This document shows, piece after piece, positions 9,910-17,307 of a DNA stretch of 40,537 nucleotides. Numbering within the stretch: position 1 is the first letter of the stretch; each line of letters begins with the position of its first letter. The stretch comes from Armatimonadota bacterium. GTDB taxonomy: Bacteria; Armatimonadota; Fimbriimonadia; Fimbriimonadales; Fimbriimonadaceae. The DNA is taken from the NCBI GenBank assembly GCA_031400935.1, contig JANNQV010000004.1:1-40537 (forward strand), read 5' to 3'. The notes beneath the pieces are model-generated. The model was not told the DNA's origin, ran no database searches, and saw nothing but the letters and a program-made list of their open reading frames with translations. Both the position numbers and the translations under genes were made by a program.

Positions 9910-10325
9910 TCTTCGGCAAATGGATCGTATTCGTCTGCCGCAGGAGCCGCGCCAACGGCTGCCGTTGCTGGTGCACCTTGCGATCCGCCGCCGCCGTCGT
10001 CGTCTCTAGGCCGGTCAAGCCCTTGAACCGATTCTGCGACGATTTCAAAAACTTCACGGTTCGTACCATCGTTTGCAGTGTATTTGCGAGATTGAATCCT
10101 TCCATCAACCGCCACGAGCCTGCCTTTGTGAAGGTAATTTGCGACGTATTCGGCGGTCGCGCCCCATGCATTCACCCGAAAGAAATCGGCGTCGGGTGAA
10201 CCGTCTTGCGGCTTCGTTCGCTTTTGAACAGCGATGGAAAAATCGCAAACGCTTTTACCGGTAGTTGTAGTCCGCAATTCAGGGTCGCGGGTCAAACGTC
10301 CAACGAGAACAACTCGATTGATCAT
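9906..10325 (-). CDS. ssb: Single-stranded DNA-binding protein
   Basis: MINRVVLVGRLTRDPELRTT, KGRLVAVDGRIQSRKY, a Gly/Ala-rich linker and an acidic tail DEYDPFAEE. Confidence 0.97.
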   Translation of the reverse strand: MINRVVLVGRLTRDPELRTTTTGKSVCDFSIAVQKRTKPQDGSPDADFFRVNAWGATAEYVANYLHKGRLVAVDGRIQSRKYTANDGTNREVFEIVAESVQGLDRPRDDDGGGGSQGAPATAAVGAAPAADEYDPFAEE

Positions 10326-10412
10326 AACAAGTTCCTATCGAACCCAAAAAGGGTAACAAACATATACTAGTCTTATTGGGGTGGAATTGTCAAGCGGCGG
10401 GGTGCATTTGGT

Positions 10413-10564
10413 GTTGTTGGTTGTCGGTTATCGGTTGTCAATTGTTCGTTTTCGGTTGTCGGTTCTGTAAGTAATGCGAGTGGATCGGTTCTAACGGATT
10501 GCATTTCGCTGGTACTCCTTGCAGGAAATTTGTTTTGAGAGTCTGACAACCGATAACCGACAAC
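10413..10564. repeat. Heptamer tandem repeat with an inverted arm
   Basis: About 7 units of consensus GTTGTCG at 10413-10461. TGACAACCGATAACCGACAAC at 10544-10564 is the exact reverse complement of 10420-10440. Confidence 0.85.
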
Positions 10565-10624
10565 AAGTTCGCGAGCAACTCCTTCAGTCCCACAAAGTAA
10601 AATAACCTCTTCCTGGTCGTTCCC

Positions 10625-11287
10625 ATGCGTTTGCTTGATTACATCAATCCTAAATACCATTGGAAAATGCTTAAAGAGGATTTGGCGCTCGTTAAGCAGG
10701 CAAACCAGATTCGCAAGCTATATTCGCACCCCCACAGCCCCGAAGAGCTTCAAAAACTCTTTCGTGGGAAGCTTTTCAGCATCTTTATGGTCTCTGGACC
10801 GACGGCATTTCTTGGGCTCGCCATCGCCGGAGTTCTGCAAGCGATCACCCGAAGCGCTTGGGTTGGGCTGTTTGCATCCATTGTTCTGGTCTTTGTCGTT
10901 ACGACTACGGCCTTCCAGATTCTTTGGTATGCGGATAACAAGAACATTTATCGCGAGAATGGAAGATTCGGAAGGCATTCGTTCGTTACGATGCAACAAG
11001 ATTTGATGCCATTGCATCTGTTTGGAGTCAAAACAGCTGCCACCTTCGCGCTAGTTGCTGTTCCAATAAATGCCGCAATCATTGGAGCTGTTCAAATTGC
11101 GAATTCGCAGGCCGCGCACTCTCTTCCCGTTCCATTGATGGTGTTTGTGCTCGATACAATCTTGGTTCAGGGCACTTTTATGAGGATCATGGGCGACTTT
11201 TTTGATCGTCATTCAGTGATGCTTACTGAAAGGCACTTCGACCTTCTCTCGGCTCCTACAAATGATGATTCGATGATCGTCCGCTAA
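10625..11287 (+). CDS. Hypothetical membrane protein
   Basis: 220-aa ORF filling the gap between ssb and the glycosyltransferase; about 4 hydrophobic segments; no motif recognised. Confidence 0.75.
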   Translation: MRLLDYINPKYHWKMLKEDLALVKQANQIRKLYSHPHSPEELQKLFRGKLFSIFMVSGPTAFLGLAIAGVLQAITRSAWVGLFASIVLVFVVTTTAFQILWYADNKNIYRENGRFGRHSFVTMQQDLMPLHLFGVKTAATFALVAVPINAAIIGAVQIANSQAAHSLPVPLMVFVLDTILVQGTFMRIMGDFFDRHSVMLTERHFDLLSAPTNDDSMIVR

Positions 11288-11312
11288 TAATTTGGTGGCG
11301 CGGTTTCTGCTT

Positions 11313-11414
11313 CACGCAAAGGCGCAAAGCTCGCAGAGGGGAAAGAATTTCAAACAAATACGAAAGGAAGCTCCGGAATAAACCCGATCTTTGCGTACTT
11401 AGCGACTTTGCGAG
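11313..11414. repeat. CGCAAAG-type short tandem/inverted repeat element
   Basis: Left arm CACGCAAAGGCGCAAAGCTCGCAGAG (11313-11338) and right arm CTTTGCGTACTTAGCGACTTTGCGAG (11389-11414), between convergent genes. The right arm overlaps the glycosyltransferase stop. Confidence 0.7.
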
Positions 11415-12544
11415 CCAAGAATTGGCGTTGGAACTGATTCGATATGCCGCTTGAGTAGTTCCCGTGCTATTGATTTGGCTGCATCTGGTTTGGCGTTTTT
11501 AAGTGCGTTCTCGTGCATGTGCTTTAGCATCTCCGGGTGCTCAAGCAAGATTTCGACTGCACCCCGCAGGGCACACATATCGCTAACGAGGAGGCCAACT
11601 CCAATATCCTTGAGCCACTTGGCATTGTCCTCTTCTTGCCCGGGAATCAGAAACGGCGATAGAACAAGGAATGGACAACCGCATGCCAAGGCTTCAAATG
11701 TCGTTAGCCCTCCAGATTTGCCAATGAGCATCGTTGCTAACCCCATCAGCGATCCCATTGCAGACTGTGAGATTTGCTGGAGGATCTGTATATTTTGGTT
11801 TCCTTTGTACCGGGTTGATAAACGATGAAAGACATCCTTCCTTTGACCGCAAAGCACCACCAATTGGACGTTGAGGGGAAAAAGAACTCTAACTGCTTCC
11901 TCAAACGGTCCTGCTCCAATACCTCCTGAAGATAGCAAAACAACTCTCCGATTTGGATCAAGATTCCACGTTGCATAGTCTTCGGGCCGTTCCAAACTCG
12001 GCCTAAATGATGAATTGATTGGAATCCCGGTGCATAGGATGTTTGCCTCATCCAGCCCCGTTCGTTCCTTTAGAATTCGCACACTCTCGTCTGTCGAGCA
12101 AAAGAAGAGATCGGGGTTTCCTCGAAGCCACATTCGATGCGGATGAATGTCTGTGACTACTACGGCGAACAGAAATCCCAATTCTTTCCTAAGCGCGGAA
12201 AGCCGAGGCTGAGCAACGGAATGAGTGCACAAAACCACATCGGGACGGTAAGAACGAACAATGTCATCAATCGGCTTGGAATATCGCCGATCTAAGTACG
12301 TTTGAATCCGATAGTTTGCCCGCTTGCGATCGGAAGTTCGGTACAAATGCCCCCAAAGCCATGGGCCTTTGCGTACCAATAGCTCGTATCCGCCCTTGAA
12401 CCAGCGCCTAAAGTTTGGCGCGACATGGTCCATGCAGTCAACAATTTTGCATTCGCCACCGTGACTTTCAATCTCATCCTTGAGGGCAATTGAAGCTGAT
12501 GTGTGACCATGGCCGGTGCTTGCCGAAAGGATCAAAACTCGCAT
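11399..12544 (-). CDS. MGDG synthase/UgtP-like diacylglycerol glycosyltransferase (GT28)
   Basis: Motifs ILSASTGHGH, CTHS, VVTD..PH..W, TGIPI, GG.GAG, KSGGLTTFEA and IPGQEEDNA. The ATG at 12544 overlaps the upstream TGA. Confidence 0.88.
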   Translation of the reverse strand: MRVLILSASTGHGHTSASIALKDEIESHGGECKIVDCMDHVAPNFRRWFKGGYELLVRKGPWLWGHLYRTSDRKRANYRIQTYLDRRYSKPIDDIVRSYRPDVVLCTHSVAQPRLSALRKELGFLFAVVVTDIHPHRMWLRGNPDLFFCSTDESVRILKERTGLDEANILCTGIPINSSFRPSLERPEDYATWNLDPNRRVVLLSSGGIGAGPFEEAVRVLFPLNVQLVVLCGQRKDVFHRLSTRYKGNQNIQILQQISQSAMGSLMGLATMLIGKSGGLTTFEALACGCPFLVLSPFLIPGQEEDNAKWLKDIGVGLLVSDMCALRGAVEILLEHPEMLKHMHENALKNAKPDAAKSIARELLKRHIESVPTPILGSQSR

Positions 12545-13359
12545 CAAGTGGTCCGCGGCTCGCTCGAAATGCCACGATGCTCCAATACTCGTTGGAGCCT
12601 CGACATCACCCTTGTGCGGTGATAACGCTGAAGAAAAACCAAGATGGAATCAATCGAAAGAATGAATCCGACCCAGCCAGCTAGCCACCAGTAGTCTAAA
12701 ACCAAGAACGATACAAATGGCGGCAAATTCATTGACGCCGCGGCGAGATGCATGATTTCAGCTTGGCGCGTGTCTTTTTCATAATCAATCATGCCGGCCA
12801 GCGTTGGTTCCATGTGCTTGGTTTTCCTGCCGGCCAATCGCTCTTCCCGAGTCAATTGAGTGCGATCGGTGTACCAAGTGACTAAGTTTTTGAGAGCATC
12901 AAACCCAAGAGCTTTGTACAATTGCTCTGACTCAATTTTGAGAGGCGTGAAATACCAATGGTTGTTCGGCGGCGTTTGATCCAATTCATCGGGTTCGAGC
13001 AACGGTTCATCAACGGAAAACTGCCTGTTTGCAATCATCAAAGACAGTGATCCCATTTTGAAAAATTCGCCCATTACACAGGCGAGATGGAAAAGGACAA
13101 GCATTGAGATGATGCCAAATGAGAACCAATGACCCGTTCCAAAAAGTCCTTTTAGGACGGGAAAGTAAACTAGTCCTCGCAGAGAATTCGCCCATGCGTA
13201 GTACCGCGAAAGCTCCTTTTCCTTCTTCAAAAGGAGTTCAGGCAATAAAATTCCTGCCGAAAAATCAAAAAATGGTTGATTGAACGCACTGCTGATCAAA
13301 CGATGAGCCGACCGTCCGCCGAGCACCGAAACTAGTCGCAACTTCGCAGTTGGTTTCAA
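12544..13359 (-). CDS. Membrane protein with a CrtO-like (glycosyl-carotenoid acyltransferase family) C-terminal domain
   Basis: 271 aa with a TTG start overlapping the upstream stop. The C-terminal DTRQAEIMH...LQRYHRTR resembles the recalled T.RAE..H...QRYNR.R signature of CrtO-family proteins. Confidence 0.5.
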   Translation of the reverse strand: MKPTAKLRLVSVLGGRSAHRLISSAFNQPFFDFSAGILLPELLLKKEKELSRYYAWANSLRGLVYFPVLKGLFGTGHWFSFGIISMLVLFHLACVMGEFFKMGSLSLMIANRQFSVDEPLLEPDELDQTPPNNHWYFTPLKIESEQLYKALGFDALKNLVTWYTDRTQLTREERLAGRKTKHMEPTLAGMIDYEKDTRQAEIMHLAAASMNLPPFVSFLVLDYWWLAGWVGFILSIDSILVFLQRYHRTRVMSRLQRVLEHRGISSEPRTT

Positions 13360-14270
13360 AGTGTTCGTCCCATTTTTTCAGGGTCATATTTAACCGATTC
13401 CGATTGCAAACCGATTCTGGCAACCGACCACTCGTCAAACCAGATCAATTCAAGATTGCCGTCAAACGATTCCACTACCGCCGTTTTGTTTTCAACCCAA
13501 TCTCCTGTGTTTATATACGTAAAGCCATCCGCAAGTACCCGGATTTCTGGCTTGTGCAAATGTCCGCAAACAACGCCTTGGTATCCCGCCTCCTTGGCGT
13601 GTTCAATTAAGAGCAAGTCAAAATAATTTCTGTTTGAAAAAATGCCTTTGGAAACCCTTTTCAGGGTTGAACAAAAATCAATCGGCCTCCTGCGAAACGC
13701 TTTGCGGCGATTGACCATCGCATTCAAAAGCTGAAGATATTCGTAAATCCAAGCGCCAAGATAAGCGATTGAAGGATAGCGAACGCAAGTTGGATCAAAA
13801 AGGTCACCGTGGACTACCAAAAATTCCCGACCATCTGCCATTTCATGCACAAACGAATGGCTGATTTCGATGAAGCCGAATTCCGACCCATTCATTCGGC
13901 GCAAGAATGAATCATGGTTTCCAGGCGTGTAGCAAATTCTTGTTCCGCTGGTTGACTTTCCCATTAGGGTACGAATCGCGTTCGAGTCTTCCTGACGCCA
14001 TTTCTTTGAGCGCATCACCCAGCCGTCTATGATGTCACCAACTAAGTAGAGGGTGTCGCATTCGATGCCATTCAAAAATTCCTGAATGGCACCCGGCTTG
14101 GAACCTCGCGCACCGAGGTGGACGTCAGAGATAAACACCGAACGGTACTCATCGCTCTTTGCATTCAGGCCTTCATTCCGTATCAACGGTTCATTTTCCC
14201 CACATTTAGGTACAAAATGTCTAGTGGTCGGGCCCATTTTGCATCCAATTCTGACCGAACGTGGAGCCAC
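13356..14270 (-). CDS. UDP-2,3-diacylglucosamine diphosphatase-like (LpxH/LpxH2-type) metallophosphoesterase; true start probably downstream of 14270
   Basis: Calcineurin-like motifs ISDVHLG, GDIIDGW, PGNHD, VHGD, CGHLH and NTGDWV. Confidence 0.85.
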   Translation of the reverse strand: MAPRSVRIGCKMGPTTRHFVPKCGENEPLIRNEGLNAKSDEYRSVFISDVHLGARGSKPGAIQEFLNGIECDTLYLVGDIIDGWVMRSKKWRQEDSNAIRTLMGKSTSGTRICYTPGNHDSFLRRMNGSEFGFIEISHSFVHEMADGREFLVVHGDLFDPTCVRYPSIAYLGAWIYEYLQLLNAMVNRRKAFRRRPIDFCSTLKRVSKGIFSNRNYFDLLLIEHAKEAGYQGVVCGHLHKPEIRVLADGFTYINTGDWVENKTAVVESFDGNLELIWFDEWSVARIGLQSESVKYDPEKMGRTL

Positions 14271-14374
14271 TCTAAAAATGGTCTTTCAAAAACCAGATAT
14301 CAAATCTCCGTATTGAAACCCCATAATTTCAGATCCTTCACCAGTCTTCGATAGTGTTATGCCATGATACAACT

Positions 14375-15271
14375 ATGAAAACTCTCCTAATTCTTGCCCT
14401 TTCAATGATGCTCCAAGAACCGACAATGACTGGGCATACCCGCGAAGTTTCCAGCATCGCAATGTCGCCAAACGGAAAATTGATCGCATCTGGAAGTGTT
14501 GACTTAACGGTAAAAGTTTGGGACACAGCAAGCAAAGAGTGCCTTGCGAGCATGGAAGGGCACGACGGTGAAGTGAAAGCTTTGGCATTTAGCCCCGACG
14601 GAAAATTTCTCGCTTCGGGAGAAATGTACAAGAAAGTTAAGATTTGGGATACGGCCACCTACAAGGAAACGAACATGTACACCGACATCGAAGGCAGCCT
14701 GACGGGCCTGGTTTACAGCATTGACGGAAAGCGACTTTTTGCGTCGAGCAAAGACAGTTTTGCAAGAGTTTGGACGATTGGATCGCTCGCCGATGCCAAA
14801 AAACTGGCTCATAGTTACCCAGTAAACGGAATTGCGATGTCACCAGACGGAAAACTGGTTGCAACAATGGATGACGGAGGAAACGTAAGCCTTTGGAATA
14901 CAACAACTCTGCTCAAATCAAAGACATTGAAGCATTCCACAGAAGGGCGCAGCGTAGCTTTTTCAGCGGATAGTAAGTCGCTCGTTTCCGTTGGCGATGA
15001 CAAGCTCATACTCTGGGATGTTGCCACAGGAACCGAAAAAGCGGCAATCAAGGCCGAAGCGAATACCGCTGCCTTCACACCGGATGGCATGACCATTGTA
15101 GTTGGCACACAAGACAACCTCGTTTTGTATCTAAACACCGCAGATTTGAGCTTGAAATTCAAGAGCGCAAAGCATGAACGACCAGTCACGGGCGTAGTAA
15201 TCACGCCTGACGGCAAGACAGCTTTCACTTCTAGCATGGATTACACGCTCAGGGTTTGGGGAATAAGGTGA
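14375..15271 (+). CDS. Secreted WD40-repeat beta-propeller protein
   Basis: Signal-like MKTLLILALSMML, then about 7 repeats of GH..V..AFSPDGK..ASG..D...KVWD. Confidence 0.9.
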   Translation: MKTLLILALSMMLQEPTMTGHTREVSSIAMSPNGKLIASGSVDLTVKVWDTASKECLASMEGHDGEVKALAFSPDGKFLASGEMYKKVKIWDTATYKETNMYTDIEGSLTGLVYSIDGKRLFASSKDSFARVWTIGSLADAKKLAHSYPVNGIAMSPDGKLVATMDDGGNVSLWNTTTLLKSKTLKHSTEGRSVAFSADSKSLVSVGDDKLILWDVATGTEKAAIKAEANTAAFTPDGMTIVVGTQDNLVLYLNTADLSLKFKSAKHERPVTGVVITPDGKTAFTSSMDYTLRVWGIR

Positions 15272-15461
15272 TTTCCAAACTTGATTGTTGTTGGAGTGGC
15301 AATCTTTGCAAAAAATCATTCAAGGGATACCGGTTCTACAAGACTTCTTTTGGCCCAAATTGTGCCGAATCAACCGATCTTCTAGATCATGTGTGAAATC
15401 AATATGGAATCGGTGGAAATATCCGTTCGATAGAATGTAAAAGCGACACGTTCAAAGAATT

Positions 15462-15490
15462 TGGTGGAGATTAATGGACGTAAATCGAAC
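15462..15490 (-). repeat. Degenerate copy of a tRNA 3' end (att-like scar)
   Basis: TGGTGGAGATTAATGGACGTAAATCGAAC versus tRNA-Ala TGGTGGAGGATAGGGGACTCGAAC: 14/18 matches, a 5-nt gap, then TCGAAC; same orientation. Confidence 0.4.
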
Positions 15491-15609
15491 TGCCATGCAC
15501 GTTATCGGGATTTGAGGTCTTTTCCCCAAAAAAGAAAATTCTGACTTGTCAGCGATGCAGTTCCCAAGTTCGGTAGCGGAGCGTTTGCGCACTCGGCAAC
15601 CTACGAGAT

Positions 15610-17307
15610 TTAAATGCTCCTTGCCCCTTTTGTTGTGTTCATTCGTTTACTGCGTTCGAGGTAAATTCGGGCAAGCAATTCTCCCAACTGAACAATTCCC
15701 GCCGTAGTGATGACCAGATTCTCTGGCTGTGGAGGAAGGTTGAATGCCTTGATGTGGATGAATGCAGGGTCTCCGGCGCCGATAGCAGCTATATCTGCGG
15801 TGACGTCAATAGCATTGAGACTCTTCTCATTGGAGGGCACCTGTTGGCTGACGTACCAGTTCAGCGAAGGAATCCCCAAGTCTTGTCGACTTTTCACGAT
15901 AATGGATCGTAGCCATTTGCCAGCGTTCTTGCGATAAGGCCCAAAGGACATGTCGTTTTCCCCAACGTGATAAAAGATGCCAGCAAGTTCAACCTGATGG
16001 CCCTTGGCTTGAAGTTCCTTGATTGACTCTTGGATAAAGGAGATGAATTGCGGGTAGAGGTTCAGATCTTTCGCCTCCGTTCCCTCTGGGGTCCAATCGT
16101 TTATCTGCGAACCGCTGTGAGTGAATTTGGCGATGGCAATGTTGCCAGCAACGTTACTTTGCAGTTCCTTTCCGAAACTGAGTTCGGGGCCGAAAGTGTC
16201 ATAAAATCCAGCGGGGCCAAACGCCTCCCAGCCTTTTGAGAGTTTGTAGCCTCCTCCGATGCTGTATTTGAAAGCGATTTTGTTATTGCCTTCCGCCAAA
16301 GCCTCCTGTCCCGGGAGCAGTCTTAGCTCTTGGGTGAAGGCACGCTCACCTTCCATATTGCGATGCCCGGCAAGGATGAATAGCTTAACCGGGCTTGACT
16401 TTCTGTAAGGCCAAACCTTTAGTGAGCGCGCAGCAGTTGGCTTCTTTCCAATCGTTCTCAGATAAGCGTCCGCGTAGTTCATGCCGTGCTCCAGTTGCCC
16501 CAGGGTTCCGTAGTGGTAATGCAGTCCTGCCCCGCCTCCAATCTCCACCGCATCGTGTGACGTTGGGATGTATTCTGCGAGCGGATCGGATTCGGTCACG
16601 GCTTTCTGCCCGGCGCGGATGGCATACATGTTTTCGCGGTTGTCCATTCCCCAAACCGTCTTGGTGCAAAGCTCGCCGATGTAGAATTTCAGCTTGGGAG
16701 TCTTGAGGTCACGGCGCCAGCTTGCCAGAAAGTTCTTCAGGTTCTTGCTATAGTTCGGTTTGAACTCTTTGTCGAACATGTCGTTCTCCCCCTGATGCCA
16801 CATGAAGCCTTCGATCCGGTAAGCGACCTTCTTTCGATCTAGTTCGGCCAGGGATGATTTCACAAACTGCAATGCCAAAGGGTAGAGCTTAAAGCCACTG
16901 GGGTCATCGGGATTCCAATCTCCGCCCAAAGTCGTACCACCCGCAGCGCACTTGATTATGGCGATGGACGCCTTTGTTTCTTGCGAAACTCGTCTTGCAA
17001 AGCTAAGCTCTGGTCCGACTATGTCTTCCACAGGCTGAAGAGCTACCCATCCGTTTGATGTTCTCTTCTCCTCGCGTCCGATGTTGAAAGCGAACAGAAC
17101 CTTGTCTTGAGGCATGTCCAGACCGACAAAAGGTGGAAAGCGCTTAATGTCCTTTACCCTTGAATCTGAGCCAACCATGTTTGACTGCCCCGCGAAGATA
17201 AAGACTCGCAGAGTCTTCGAATCGGTATCGGAGTACGGTGGTTCGGCACAGAAAGCTAGCATTGGAACCAGTGATAGAGTAAAAAGGGAAATGTGGGTGT
17301 ATTTCAT
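15610..17307 (-). CDS. Secreted sialate O-acetylesterase/CE6-like SGNH hydrolase with two tandem domains
   Basis: Signal peptide. Domain 1 has FIFAGQSNM, GPELSF and WHQGEND; domain 2 has FILAGHRNM, GPELSF and YHVGEND. ATGA overlap with the GH95 gene. Confidence 0.85.
   Translation of the reverse strand: MKYTHISLFTLSLVPMLAFCAEPPYSDTDSKTLRVFIFAGQSNMVGSDSRVKDIKRFPPFVGLDMPQDKVLFAFNIGREEKRTSNGWVALQPVEDIVGPELSFARRVSQETKASIAIIKCAAGGTTLGGDWNPDDPSGFKLYPLALQFVKSSLAELDRKKVAYRIEGFMWHQGENDMFDKEFKPNYSKNLKNFLASWRRDLKTPKLKFYIGELCTKTVWGMDNRENMYAIRAGQKAVTESDPLAEYIPTSHDAVEIGGGAGLHYHYGTLGQLEHGMNYADAYLRTIGKKPTAARSLKVWPYRKSSPVKLFILAGHRNMEGERAFTQELRLLPGQEALAEGNNKIAFKYSIGGGYKLSKGWEAFGPAGFYDTFGPELSFGKELQSNVAGNIAIAKFTHSGSQINDWTPEGTEAKDLNLYPQFISFIQESIKELQAKGHQVELAGIFYHVGENDMSFGPYRKNAGKWLRSIIVKSRQDLGIPSLNWYVSQQVPSNEKSLNAIDVTADIAAIGAGDPAFIHIKAFNLPPQPENLVITTAGIVQLGELLARIYLERSKRMNTTKGARSI

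Noticed and set aside
10373..10660. 95-aa minus-strand ORF containing EQLTTDNRQPTT
   Set aside because: It is a translation of the heptamer repeat and overlaps the start of the 10625 gene; there is no independent coding evidence.
14338..15237. Repetitive-looking minus-strand ORFs opposite the WD40 gene
   Set aside because: Their periodicity mirrors the WD40 repeats on the other strand.
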